Of a stretch of DNA of 64,000 bases, positions 47,636-57,857 are shown one piece after another. Below the pieces are notes generated by a model. It did no database searches. It was not told the DNA's origin and was given only the letters and a program-made list of their open reading frames with translations. Numbering within the stretch: the first letter of the stretch is position 1; every line of letters starts with the position of its first letter. Source of the stretch: an uncultured Poribacteria bacterium (GTDB lineage: Bacteria; Poribacteria; WGA-4E; WGA-3G). Location of the stretch: positions 3,616,001-3,680,000 of the forward strand of contig CATQHZ020000001.1 of NCBI GenBank assembly GCA_958296135.2, in the 5' to 3' direction. The position numbers were made by a program, and so were the translations under genes.

Positions 47636-47744
47636 AACGTTTAGGCTTGTCGCAGACCGGGGGCAGTAGTGCGTTTGGACAGGCGCGCGCCCCGTGGACT
47701 GTGCGCGCTTCCGGCGCGCCTACCCGTAAGAATGGAGATACGCT

Positions 47745-47993
47745 ATGAATCTTATGAAATTATTTGCGCGAAAACCGAAATCAAGCGGTGTCGCGAAGCA
47801 ACGTTTAAAACTCGTTATCACACAAGACCGGTTTGATGCGAATAACCGGGACATTAAACAGTTGCATCGCGAATTAGCGGAGGTGCTCGCGAAGTACTTC
47901 AATTTCACGATGAGTGCCGCGCAGATGTCGTTAAAAAAAGAAGGGAATTCCTATGTGCTCGTCGCGGATTTTCCTTATGAGAATGCCGGTTAA
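47745..47993 (+). CDS. minE: MinE, copy 2
   Basis: SSGVAKQRLKLVITQDR..ELAEVLAKY, with its own GGAG RBS. Confidence 0.88.
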   Translation: MNLMKLFARKPKSSGVAKQRLKLVITQDRFDANNRDIKQLHRELAEVLAKYFNFTMSAAQMSLKKEGNSYVLVADFPYENAG

Positions 47994-48195
47994 GCTCGGG
48001 GACATGCAGCCGGACGCGGGAGAGGACAGCTCTTCCATCCGTGCTGCTGCCCTCGGCGAAACCCGCCGCACCGCGGCGCGCTGACATGGCCCCGCTCTTC
48101 ATGCGTTTTTTGCTTGCAATACGCCGGCGTAAGGCGTTAAACTATTTGCAAGGCGCGTTCCAAGCGGGCGACTTTGACGGTAAGGAGAAGGGATA

Positions 48196-48696
48196 GTGCA
48201 GGAGAATCACCTCGATGTGGGGCAAGACGAGAGTCCTGTGGACACGCGGCGCGACAACGAAATCATCGCATTTATCGGGATTCCTCGGAAATGGGTAAAC
48301 CCCGCGATAAAAATCTTTTCGCTTATTTTCGCAATCTATGCTGGGTTCGCCGCGGCGCATGAATTCGGCCGGAGTGGGCCGTTGATGGAGAACGCGAAGC
48401 AGTTCTTCATCCATATCGCCGCGTTCAGTGCAGGAGGGTCTGTTATCCTCATTGCGATTTACAATGGGTGGGATGTGCTTATGTATTTAACAACACGCTT
48501 CAAAGCGACGCTCCAGCAGCGCGTGAAGAAAGCGCGAGCCGAAGGCATCGCTAAAGGCATCGCTGAAGGCATCGCTGAAAACCAACGCGCGTGGCTCGCG
48601 TGGAACAACCGGCGGCTCGATGCCGAGATAAAGGGGCTCCCTTTTGATGAGACACCGCCGAACGGGACAAACGGCGACACGCAAAATGGGCAATAA
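48196..48696 (+). CDS. Hypothetical membrane protein with EG-repeat C-terminus
   Basis: AAGGAG RBS before GTG, two hydrophobic segments, 12-nt repeat (G/A)AAGGCATCGCT x3 at 48541-48576. Confidence 0.65.
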   Translation: MQENHLDVGQDESPVDTRRDNEIIAFIGIPRKWVNPAIKIFSLIFAIYAGFAAAHEFGRSGPLMENAKQFFIHIAAFSAGGSVILIAIYNGWDVLMYLTTRFKATLQQRVKKARAEGIAKGIAEGIAENQRAWLAWNNRRLDAEIKGLPFDETPPNGTNGDTQNGQ

Positions 48697-48795
48697 ATCG
48701 CCCGACGTACTTTATGGGTGTAGGGTGCCAAGGGCGGTGCTCTACACCTTGTTTTTTGCAGGAGGCGCGGTTTGTCACCGCGCCTACCGGGACAT

Positions 48796-49629
48796 TTAGA
48801 GAATCAACTCCCAGATTGCTTGCGCTACGCCGTTTTCGTCGTTGGTTGCAGTAATGTAATCCGCGCACGCTTTAATGGGCGCAACCGCGTTGCCCATCGC
48901 CACGCCAAAACCAGCCACTTTGAGCAATGTCTCATCGTTGTAACTATCGCCGAACGCTACCACTGTCTCCATCGGGATATCAAACTGCGAGGCGAGTGCA
49001 GTGAGGGCGCGCCCTTTCGTCACCGCCGGATTCATGAACTCAATGTACTCCGCCTGCGTCTGCGTGACATAGAGTGCCTCGCCATACGCGGTTTTGAAGT
49101 GCGCCAGCAGCGGCGGCAATTCTTCCGGCGCATGGATAATCAGCATCTTCGTCGGCGTTTCGCCGCTCAATTCACGAAGATCTCCCACGGGTGTGGCGGG
49201 GACACCCGTTCGGCACTCGTAAAGCGCGCTCCATTCGTTACGCACGGCGACATAAAGCTCGTCGTTCAAGCAGTAGTTGAGATGTAAATCCTGCGCGACG
49301 CACTCGTTCACGATTGCCATCGCCGCATCCGCCGGGACAGGCGTGTGGTGATACACTTCGCCGGTGGTCGCGTGCTTCACCATCCCGCCGTTATAGGAAA
49401 TAATCGGATTCTCTAACCCGATTGCATCGCTAATCGGTTGGATAGAACGGTGCATCCTGCCAGAGATGAGGACGACAAGCACATCGTTCTTGACGAGCTC
49501 CTGAAGGGCAGCGCGGTGCTCGGAGGAGACTTCGTGCGCGCTGTTTAAGAGGGTGCCGTCTAAATCGAAGGCGGCTAAACGACATTTTCGTCTTGGCGCA
49601 AAGCGTGCGTTTACGGTTTCTGGCTGCAT
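48796..49629 (-). CDS. Cof-type HAD-IIB hydrolase
   Basis: FDLDGTLL, ISGR, NGG, TKG, FGDSYND, MGNA. Confidence 0.92.
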   Translation of the reverse strand: MQPETVNARFAPRRKCRLAAFDLDGTLLNSAHEVSSEHRAALQELVKNDVLVVLISGRMHRSIQPISDAIGLENPIISYNGGMVKHATTGEVYHHTPVPADAAMAIVNECVAQDLHLNYCLNDELYVAVRNEWSALYECRTGVPATPVGDLRELSGETPTKMLIIHAPEELPPLLAHFKTAYGEALYVTQTQAEYIEFMNPAVTKGRALTALASQFDIPMETVVAFGDSYNDETLLKVAGFGVAMGNAVAPIKACADYITATNDENGVAQAIWELIL

Positions 49630-49680
49630 AGCGGCTCCTTGCGTCAGCTGTCATTGACTACGTTTTTGGTTCTGCTTCAC

Positions 49681-50802
49681 CTACAAAACTATTGCCTGTT
49701 CCGTTTGCCGATCAAAAAGGCGCGTCTGCCCCGGGTCAAAATCGAACCAAACCTTCTCGCCTACTGCGGCTCGGAATGTCGGATGCGTGCGGACGCGGAG
49801 GAGAATCGGGTCCTGCGTTTCGGCCGCCGTTCCGAGGCGAAGATCCAAGATATTGGCGGAACCGAGGGGTTCAATGAGATGCACGTCGGCAGCGAGTCTC
49901 CGTTCGCCTGGTTCAAGCGCGGCACGGATATGTTCCGGCCGGATACCGAAAACCAGGCCGTTCCTCTCAACCGCTGCAGTCAGCTTCGCTTGTTGCTGCG
50001 GCGGGAGAGGCAGCCAGATATCGGTATGGCTGAGGCGCAGCGCGGGGTGTCCCTCACGCAAACCGAGTTCGGCACCTAGGAGGTTCATCGTCGGCATGCC
50101 CATGAACCCGGCGACGAAGAGACTTTCCGGGCTGTTGTAAATCTCGTGTGGGGTACCGATTTGCTGTAGCACGCCCTGGTGGATAACAGCGATGCGATCG
50201 GCGAGGGACATCGCTTCAACCTGGTCGTGCGTGACAAAAATGGTAGTCGCGCCGAACTCGTGCTGGAGGCGTTTCAATTCGGCGCGCGTGTCTACCCGGA
50301 GTTTGGCATCCAAATTTGCCATCGGTTCATCAAGCAAATAGACTTTCGGCTGCCGCACCATCGCCCGGCCAAGGGCAACGCGTTGCATCTCTCCACCGCT
50401 GAGGACACTCGGCTTCCTGTCCAACATCTCGGATATCTGTAAAATTGATGCCACCTTCTTGACGCGCCTGTCAACTTCCGATCTTTCCACCTTCACCGCC
50501 TTGAGTGGGAAGGCGATGTTACCGTAGACAGTGAGGTGTGGATAGAGCGCGTAGAATTGGAAGACGAAGGCAATGTCCCTGTCGGCAGGCGACAAATCGT
50601 TGACACGTTGTCCATCAATCAGGATATCGCCTTCTTCGGGGTGTTCAAGTCCTGCGATGAGGCGGAGCGTCGTTGTCTTCCCGCAACCGGAGGGGCCCAA
50701 GAAGACGACAAATTCCTTGTCCTCAATTTCCAGATTAAAATCTTTGACAGCGGTGACATCGCCGTAGCGTTTGACAATGTTTTGAAGTTTGATGTGTGCC
50801 AT
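49681..50802 (-). CDS. Sugar ABC transporter ATP-binding protein (MalK/UgpC-like)
   Basis: GPSGCGKTT, LSGGEMQR, LLDEP, VTHDQ, C-terminal TOBE domain. Confidence 0.93.
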   Translation of the reverse strand: MAHIKLQNIVKRYGDVTAVKDFNLEIEDKEFVVFLGPSGCGKTTTLRLIAGLEHPEEGDILIDGQRVNDLSPADRDIAFVFQFYALYPHLTVYGNIAFPLKAVKVERSEVDRRVKKVASILQISEMLDRKPSVLSGGEMQRVALGRAMVRQPKVYLLDEPMANLDAKLRVDTRAELKRLQHEFGATTIFVTHDQVEAMSLADRIAVIHQGVLQQIGTPHEIYNSPESLFVAGFMGMPTMNLLGAELGLREGHPALRLSHTDIWLPLPPQQQAKLTAAVERNGLVFGIRPEHIRAALEPGERRLAADVHLIEPLGSANILDLRLGTAAETQDPILLRVRTHPTFRAAVGEKVWFDFDPGQTRLFDRQTEQAIVL

Positions 50803-50921
50803 AATTTCCTGCAGGCGCGATGCCTTTCAGCGTATTCTATAAATTTACCACACATTTTGTATTTTGAAAAGCGAAAATTGGAACGACCCGGGCGATTTAT
50901 TGGGTATACCGACATCCGCCC

Positions 50922-51554
50922 TTACGTTCCAAAGTGGATGATCGCCTGCATCACCGCCCCAGAGATAAGCGGTACCGTCAAATTATCGTCAATCCGAAGC
51001 GGGAGAAGTTCCACGACGGTAGCGACAAACGCGCCCACAACCCCCACCATAGGATGAAACTTCTGCGCATCAGTTAGTAGCTGAGGGAGTTTCCACACAC
51101 CCGTCTCAGGTAAATAGAAAAAAAAGAGGGAGAGCACCGTGCAGACGACAAAACAGGCGCCGCTTCCCTCTAAGCTCTTCTCGCCGATGAGTTTCGTCTT
51201 ACCCCATCTTTTTCCGACTAACGCCGCGGACATATCCCCCAACACCATGAAGAAGATGCAGACAATCGCGAGGGCCTTCTGAAAAAAGAGTATGCAGAGC
51301 AGCGCGCTGATGAGATAGTAGGTTGCTCCAGTGATTGCGCCTCGGCGTTCATGCGTTCGGAGCATTGAAGTGAAGATGCGGAAAAAGAGCGCGCGGAATC
51401 GCGCCGAACCCGATTTTCCGAGTTCCACGATTAGCGCAACGCCGGTGAGGCTTCCTACCAGCCACAAAATCATCGGTTTATCCAGCCAGAGATAAATAAT
51501 AGGTAGGATTAAACCTGAGAAATGGATGCTTTTCCGTCGTAATTCGGTGCTCAT
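50922..51554 (-). CDS. Phytol/dolichol-kinase-like (CTP_transf_1 family) membrane protein
   Basis: ELRRKSIH, GD..AALVG, KSLEGS, DDNLTVP. Confidence 0.85.
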   Translation of the reverse strand: MSTELRRKSIHFSGLILPIIYLWLDKPMILWLVGSLTGVALIVELGKSGSARFRALFFRIFTSMLRTHERRGAITGATYYLISALLCILFFQKALAIVCIFFMVLGDMSAALVGKRWGKTKLIGEKSLEGSGACFVVCTVLSLFFFYLPETGVWKLPQLLTDAQKFHPMVGVVGAFVATVVELLPLRIDDNLTVPLISGAVMQAIIHFGT

Positions 51555-51614
51555 GGGTGTCCTCCTGCCTTAATTATCCACAGATTCCAAGATAAAATCA
51601 ATTTTTCTTTTTTT

Positions 51615-51658
51615 TGTCAAAAAAATAACACAATTTTGTCACATTTGGGCATTATAAT
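51615..51658 (+). promoter_or_regulatory. Pho-box-like direct repeats plus -10 element
   Basis: TGTCA, TAACA and TGTCA at 51615, 51626 and 51637 (11-nt period), then TATAAT at 51653. Confidence 0.6.
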
Positions 51659-51852
51659 TTATAGGACTTACGCAGAAGAGACTGCAGTAGGCGTGCTTTC
51701 ATGAAGCGGCAGAAAATAAACGGGGAATTTTGACTCACGGGCGGATAGAGACATCCGCCCTTACAGCTGAATGGCATAGCGTTGAGAACACATTTCAGAT
51801 CGAACGCTAAACGAAGTTAACTTTGAAGGACTTCACGGCTATAGGGAGAAAC

Positions 51853-54696
51853 ATGGAACGGCAACATCAGTTTTGGTGCATTGGGCTGTTGCTTTTACTG
51901 CTTGTCCCCGCGGGCGGGCGCGGGCAGACAGAAACAGAACAACTCGTAAAAATCACAGGGAGTGTTGTTGATAGTGCCACCGAGTTGCCGCTAGAAGGGG
52001 CGGCGATAAAGGTGGTGGATACCAACCTCCGAGTGCATACCGATGAGACGGGCGCGTTTTCGCTCAAACTGCCGAGCGGCACCTACACGCTGCAGATTAC
52101 CGCACCCTTTCACACGGCAGCAGCCCTCACCGATTTTGAGGTGAACGTTGGGGAACAGGTGGAACCAGTGCAGGTCGCGCTCGCACCGCAAATAGTGAAC
52201 CTGGATGCGATTCAACTGCCAGTTCGGCTGAGCCAGTCAAGTGAACGGGGGCTTATTGAAAAACGGATGCGGAGCTCACGTATTGAAGACAGCATCAGCA
52301 CGGAAGAGATTAGCCGCCTTCCCGCAGCCTCCGCAGGCGAGGCGATTAAACGGGTAACAGGTGTCAGCATCGTCGGTGGGCGGTACGTATTTGTGCGCGG
52401 ACTGGGCGAACGCTACAGTAACACGCTGCTCAACAACGTTGAGATTCCGAGCCCGGAACCGAATCGTCGGGTCGTCCCGATGGACATTTTTCCGGCGAGC
52501 CTCTTAGCAAGTTTGCAGACGGTGAAGACGTTCTCCCCAGACCAGCCGGGAGGCTTCGCAGGCGGGTCCGTGCAGGTATTTACTAAAGACTTCCCTGAAG
52601 AATTGACGATGTCTCTCTCCATGTCAACCGGGTTCAATACCCAATCGACAGGCGCAGACGGGTTGACATACCCGGGCGGCGATTTAGACTTTCTGGGGTT
52701 TGACGATAGCACGCGGCAGCTGCCTATTATCGTTCAAGAACGCGCTGCAGATTTGCCGATTCGGGAACGCGGGCGGTTCACATCGGCAGGGTTTACGCCG
52801 CAAGAGATTCAGGAATTCGGACAGGCGTTCTCGAACACCTGGTCTCCGCAACGCCAAGAGGTGCCGGCAAACCAGAGTTATAAATTCAGCCTTGGCAACA
52901 GTAGCACACTTCTGGGCAAGGAGTTCGGCTACCTCGGCGTGCTTTCCTACGGTAACAGCTATAGTTACGGCACGCAGGTGCGGAATGCGTTCCGCCTCGG
53001 GCTAAATGAGACGCTCTCACCTGTCACCTCCTACAATGTGGAGCGGAGCGGCAATGAAGTCAACTGGGGCAGTGTGCTGAATGCAAGTTTGCGTTTCTCA
53101 CCGCAACATCAACTCAATCTGCGCACCCTTTTCACCCACACGGCGGAAGACGAAACCCGCCTGTGGGAGGGCTTCAACGCCGATAGAAACACCGATATGC
53201 GGAGCGCGCGGCTTCGCTATGTCGAACGCGAACTCTTCTCTGGACAACTGGCCGGCACGCACGATTTTGAATTCGGCGGCCCGGGGATTTCTGATGCATC
53301 GCAGACAGACGATGTCGTGGCCCTGCCGAGGCCGGACCTTTCCATGGAGTGGCGGCTCACCTACTCGCGCGCCTCGCGCGATGAACCGGATACACGCGAG
53401 ACCATTTACGAAGACAGGGGCAACGGCAGGTTCACGTTCCGCGATGTCACGCATAGCGGCAGCCGCTTCTTCTTCGATTTGGAAGACGATGAATACAACG
53501 CGCGCGTCGATTGGCGCGCACCGATTGGGGCAGAGGGGCTCTTCAAATTTGGCGGGCTCTGGCGAAATCGGAACCGGACATTCGATGCCCGGCGGTTCAG
53601 GTTCCTGCCATCGGACAATGTGGATACCACCGTAGATCTCGCCTCGCCGCCGGAAGTCCTCTTCCAATTCGATAACATCGCGCCGCGCATCTTTGAGCTG
53701 CGCGAGTCTACGCGCGCAACCGACAATTACCTTGCAGCCCACGATATTTATTCAGGTTACCTCATGCTGGATACGCCTTTCACCCAGAAGTGGCAGTTGA
53801 TGACAGGCGTGCGGTTGGAGGCATCGGCACAGAAGGTTACCACCTATAATCCGTTTTCTGCCGCAGCGCAGCCGATTGTGGCGGATTTGGATACGCTGGA
53901 CTTGCTGCCGGGGCTAAACCTTACCTATCGGTTGACAGAGCGGATGAACTTGCGGGTTGCTGCGTCCCGCACGATAACGCGTCCGGATTTCCGCGAACTC
54001 GCGCCGTTTGAGTTTACCGATTTCGTGGGCGGGCGAACCATCCTCGGCAATCCGGAACTGGAGCGGACGCAGATAGACAACTACGATGTCCGCTGGGAGG
54101 CGTTCCCGCAACTCGGCGGCGTTGTCGCTGTGAGCGTCTTCTATAAGCGGTTCCAGAAGCCGATTGAACAAATTGTGCAGCCCCAGGCGGAAGTGCGCAT
54201 CACCTACGAAAACGCCGATGCGGCAAACAACTATGGCGTAGAGTTAGAGGTGCGTCAGAACTTAGGCGGGCTGACACCGGCACTGAGCAAGTTTTCTATT
54301 AACACCAATGCCGCACTGATTACATCGCGAGTCGTGTTGCCAGATATCGGCATTCAGACTTCTTCGGAGCGGCCGCTTCAGGGGCAGTGTCCCTATATTG
54401 TCAATCTCTCGTTGGGCTACGAGGATGACAATTGGGGACTCTCTAGTACAATTGCCTATAACATTTTTGGCAAGCGGCTATCGGAGGTGGGCAACCACGG
54501 CGTGCCGGATGTATATGAACAGCCGCGCGGGCAGTTGGATGCAAGTTTCAGCCGGACAGTTGCAAACTACTTCCGTATCAGTTTCTCGGCGAAGAACCTG
54601 CTCGATCCTTATGTGCATTTCAAACAAGGTGAGGAGATTTACGTGCGGTATAAAATTGGCAGGGCCTTCTCGTTCGGGATAAGCTATCAACTCTAA
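51853..54696 (+). CDS. TonB-dependent receptor with N-terminal carboxypeptidase-regulatory-like domain
   Basis: Signal peptide, ITGSVVD..PLEGA, plug VRGLGERY, RPDFRELAP, GNPEL, terminal ISYQL. Confidence 0.92.
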   Translation: MERQHQFWCIGLLLLLLVPAGGRGQTETEQLVKITGSVVDSATELPLEGAAIKVVDTNLRVHTDETGAFSLKLPSGTYTLQITAPFHTAAALTDFEVNVGEQVEPVQVALAPQIVNLDAIQLPVRLSQSSERGLIEKRMRSSRIEDSISTEEISRLPAASAGEAIKRVTGVSIVGGRYVFVRGLGERYSNTLLNNVEIPSPEPNRRVVPMDIFPASLLASLQTVKTFSPDQPGGFAGGSVQVFTKDFPEELTMSLSMSTGFNTQSTGADGLTYPGGDLDFLGFDDSTRQLPIIVQERAADLPIRERGRFTSAGFTPQEIQEFGQAFSNTWSPQRQEVPANQSYKFSLGNSSTLLGKEFGYLGVLSYGNSYSYGTQVRNAFRLGLNETLSPVTSYNVERSGNEVNWGSVLNASLRFSPQHQLNLRTLFTHTAEDETRLWEGFNADRNTDMRSARLRYVERELFSGQLAGTHDFEFGGPGISDASQTDDVVALPRPDLSMEWRLTYSRASRDEPDTRETIYEDRGNGRFTFRDVTHSGSRFFFDLEDDEYNARVDWRAPIGAEGLFKFGGLWRNRNRTFDARRFRFLPSDNVDTTVDLASPPEVLFQFDNIAPRIFELRESTRATDNYLAAHDIYSGYLMLDTPFTQKWQLMTGVRLEASAQKVTTYNPFSAAAQPIVADLDTLDLLPGLNLTYRLTERMNLRVAASRTITRPDFRELAPFEFTDFVGGRTILGNPELERTQIDNYDVRWEAFPQLGGVVAVSVFYKRFQKPIEQIVQPQAEVRITYENADAANNYGVELEVRQNLGGLTPALSKFSINTNAALITSRVVLPDIGIQTSSERPLQGQCPYIVNLSLGYEDDNWGLSSTIAYNIFGKRLSEVGNHGVPDVYEQPRGQLDASFSRTVANYFRISFSAKNLLDPYVHFKQGEEIYVRYKIGRAFSFGISYQL

Positions 54697-54845
54697 ACAG
54701 GAGATTTCGGCAGGAACAATTTAGCGCGGCAACTGAGGCATCAACACGTCAATGACAACTGTTCGCAGAGAGATGTTCATGCACAAGAACTGCTATCAAA
54801 CGCATTACAAATGACGAAAAAACGTCAAAAATAATTTATAACATC

Positions 54846-54877
54846 GTAACTATTTTGTAACAATTTTGGGGTATCCT
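54846..54877 (+). promoter_or_regulatory. Pho-box-like direct repeats plus -10 element
   Basis: GTAAC at 54846 and 54857 (11-nt period), then TATCCT at 54872. Confidence 0.5.
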
Positions 54878-55067
54878 TAAACGTGAAGCGGCGGCGTTGA
54901 TGCTGCCAACTTATACAGACATAGGATTTAGGCAATTTCACATTTCCCCTGGCTTGAAACCGAGCCTCTGGGAGAATGGCGGAATATGCGTAAATCCTAA
55001 CGAGAAAATAGACTAGCGGGGTTTGTCCCGACGGTTGTTAAAGCGAAAAAAGGAGTTTTGTAAAATC

Positions 55068-56405
55068 ATGTCAAAGATTAGGTTTAAACTGTTTCAGTCG
55101 ATGCTCATCGCCCTGGCCGGGTTCGCGACGGTTTTTGTCGGGTGCGGTGCAGATGACGACGTGACTACTGATGCGGCAACCGCTGAAACAGCGGAGGCAA
55201 CTGAGGAAATTATCACTGTTGGCGGCCGCACCGTAGTCGTGCTGACAGACAAGATAGCGGCGGATAGAACCCTCAGCGCGGACAAAGATTACCTGTTGCG
55301 CGGTGCGGTGTTTGTCGAGCCCGGTGCAACGTTAACGATTGAACCGGGTGTTAACATCTATGGGGAGGGCGCGAGTCAGGGAACGCTCATCATCGCGCGC
55401 GGTGGGAAGCTCATGGCCGAAGGCACCGCGAACGCGCCTATCGTCATGTCAAGCGATGCCCCAGATGGCTCGCATGCCCGTGGCCAGTGGGGCGGCCTGA
55501 TTATTAACGGCAATGCTCCTACCAACCAAGGTGAAACCTTCGGTGAAGGCGACACGGGTGCCTTCGGCGGCAACAATCCCGCCGATAGCAGCGGCATCCT
55601 ACGGTACGTCCGAGTTGAGTTCGCCGGCATCGAATTTAGTCCAGACAACGAACTCAACGGCATCGCGCTACAAGGTGTCGGCTCCGGCACTATCATCGAA
55701 CACGTGCAAGTGCACATGAACCAAGATGATGGCATTGAAATGTTCGGCGGCACCGTCAACCTCAAATACGCGCTCGTTACCGGCGCACGGGACGACTCGT
55801 TTGACTGGACAGACGGCTGGAACGGCAAGGGCCAATTCTGGGTCGCGCAGCAGTATGGCGACGACGCGGATAACGGCTTTGAAGCCGACAACAGCAGCAA
55901 AAACAACGAAGCCACACCGCGCTCCAACGCGACTATCTATAATGTGACACTTATCGGCGACCCGGGCGGTCCGGAAAGCGATACCGGGATGTTGATTCGT
56001 GAAGGGGCGGCAGGCACCTACGCCAATTTTATTGTCACCGGTTTCAACAAAATGGGGTTGGATCTCAACACCGCGGCCACGCATGCACAGGCGAAAAGCG
56101 GTGCCTTAGTCGTGAAAAACAGCATCTTCTTTGAAAACAAGAAGGGCAACTTCGGTGATGAGAAGGACGACGATGGGTTTGATGAAGCATCCTGGGCTGC
56201 CGGTAACGATAACGATGAGAAGGACCCGGGGCTGAGGGCACCCTTCAACAAAACTGCGCCAGACTTCACGCCCGGTGCCGGCGCAGCCGGGGTTGCGCCA
56301 GCGAAGCCGCCTGCTGATGGGTTCTTCCAGCAAGTGAACTTCATCGGCGGCGTAGATCCCGCCAGCAATTGGACAACGGGGTGGACGACGAGTGCGCAGT
56401 ATTAG
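55068..56405 (+). CDS. Beta-helix lipoprotein, partner of the TonB-dependent receptor
   Basis: Lipobox FVGC, TLTIEPG, WGGLII.G, SSGILRYVRVEFAG, DDGIEMFGG, DDSFDW. Confidence 0.85.
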   Translation: MSKIRFKLFQSMLIALAGFATVFVGCGADDDVTTDAATAETAEATEEIITVGGRTVVVLTDKIAADRTLSADKDYLLRGAVFVEPGATLTIEPGVNIYGEGASQGTLIIARGGKLMAEGTANAPIVMSSDAPDGSHARGQWGGLIINGNAPTNQGETFGEGDTGAFGGNNPADSSGILRYVRVEFAGIEFSPDNELNGIALQGVGSGTIIEHVQVHMNQDDGIEMFGGTVNLKYALVTGARDDSFDWTDGWNGKGQFWVAQQYGDDADNGFEADNSSKNNEATPRSNATIYNVTLIGDPGGPESDTGMLIREGAAGTYANFIVTGFNKMGLDLNTAATHAQAKSGALVVKNSIFFENKKGNFGDEKDDDGFDEASWAAGNDNDEKDPGLRAPFNKTAPDFTPGAGAAGVAPAKPPADGFFQQVNFIGGVDPASNWTTGWTTSAQY

Positions 56406-56940
56406 TCGGTTCTCGCTTGTAGGCGCGCTTTGGAAGCGTGCCGCGCATACATTCTACGCGCTCATCGCCTGTCTACTCTTTTGGAGTAGCCTCAACGGCT
56501 GTGAGCAACCCGCGTGGACAAACAGTCTCGACTCGCCAGGCCAACTCGGCCTGGCAGTCGTTGACGCTTTGAATCGGCAAGACATTGAACGGCTCAATCA
56601 GTTGCGGGTGCAGCGCGATGCGTATCTCGCGTGGCTGTGGCCTGCCTTCCCCGCGAGCCGCCCACCGAGCAACTTCCCCGAAAACTTCGCATGGGAGAAC
56701 CTGAATAAAAAATGCACCCTCGGCATGCAGCGGGCAATCGCACGTTACGGCGGACACAATCTGACGTTTGTGGACATCCGCTTTGATAAACCGACTGAGA
56801 CTTACGACGGGTTCCAGCTGCTGCGGGGAACCGTTTTGACGTTACGGACGGCCGAGGGAAACCAGAAGGTGGAACTGAAGATTCTCGGCTCGGTTGTGGT
56901 AAAGGATAAGCGTTACAAATTGTTGAGTTATCAGGATTAA
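56392..56940 (+). CDS. Hypothetical lipoprotein
   Basis: Hydrophobic stretch and LNGC, overlapping the upstream stop; start uncertain; a family-B REP lies in its first codons. Confidence 0.65.
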   Translation: MRSISRFSLVGALWKRAAHTFYALIACLLFWSSLNGCEQPAWTNSLDSPGQLGLAVVDALNRQDIERLNQLRVQRDAYLAWLWPAFPASRPPSNFPENFAWENLNKKCTLGMQRAIARYGGHNLTFVDIRFDKPTETYDGFQLLRGTVLTLRTAEGNQKVELKILGSVVVKDKRYKLLSYQD

Positions 56941-56944
56941 CATA

Positions 56945-56970
56945 CCGTAGCGCGGGGGCCTGTCCCCCGC
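56945..56970. repeat. REP-like palindrome (family A)
   Basis: CCGTAGCGCGGGGGCCTGTCCCCCGC; identical copy at 57877-57902. Confidence 0.85.
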
Positions 56971-56996
56971 ACTCCCTTCTTGGAGGAAGAAACCTT

Positions 56997-57857
56997 ATGA
57001 ACTACACTCACTCTCACTACGCGGCGGTGAAGGAAAAAGGAAAACGCCGCCGGAAAATCGCAGCCGGTGTCTCCATTGGCTTGCACGCCATCGGGATAAT
57101 CGTCCTCGGTATCTATCTTATTCGGAAGGCAGTCCTAGAAATTAACACAGACGCGATGCAGAGCGTCTTCGTTACCGAGGAAAAACCGCAGCCGAAGCGT
57201 CGGACGCAGCGGCGTGAAATGCGGAAAGCACCGAAACCGAAGACGTTTAAGATTCGCGCGCCGAAGGGCCAGCCCGTAACGACGAGTGCGAAGATTCCGG
57301 TGGGCAATGCGCGCTTCACCTTACCGACAAGCGAGGGCTCCACGCGGCCTGTGATGGCACCGAACCCGGAAGGACTCGGCCGCTCCCTTTTTGGCGAATC
57401 ACGGCAGGCGAACATCATCACAACGATGCCGAAGTTTGAAGTGCCGAAGTTCGAGACGACAAGTTTGGCGATGCGGATGGATATGGGCACGAGTCTCGCA
57501 CAAATGGAATTCAACGAACCGGGCAATCTTGAACTGGCCGCAACCGATTTTGGCAGTTCCAAGCGTTCGTTTAACGAGTTCCTGAAACAGGTGCGTGAAC
57601 GCATCAAGCAGGTGCAGCGGTTTCCGCCGCGCGTCCGGCGTTTAGACGACGGCACCGCCACGACAGTGCGGTTTACGCTGTTTAAAGACGGCACCGTTCG
57701 GCATACGGAAATAACTGCTTCTTCGGGCTCGCGTGCGTTAGATAACGCCGCTCTCGCTGCTGTCCAGAATGCTGTGCCGTATCCGCCGTTTCCTGAAGAG
57801 CATCATGGGAGCAGTTTGCGGTTGGAGCTCCCAATTGTTTTTAAGTTAGTGAATTAA
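56997..57857 (+). CDS. Energy transducer TonB-family protein
   Basis: N-terminal TM with SIGLH, Pro/Lys-rich linker, C-terminal SSGSRALDNAAL..PYPPFP. Confidence 0.85.
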   Translation: MNYTHSHYAAVKEKGKRRRKIAAGVSIGLHAIGIIVLGIYLIRKAVLEINTDAMQSVFVTEEKPQPKRRTQRREMRKAPKPKTFKIRAPKGQPVTTSAKIPVGNARFTLPTSEGSTRPVMAPNPEGLGRSLFGESRQANIITTMPKFEVPKFETTSLAMRMDMGTSLAQMEFNEPGNLELAATDFGSSKRSFNEFLKQVRERIKQVQRFPPRVRRLDDGTATTVRFTLFKDGTVRHTEITASSGSRALDNAALAAVQNAVPYPPFPEEHHGSSLRLELPIVFKLVN

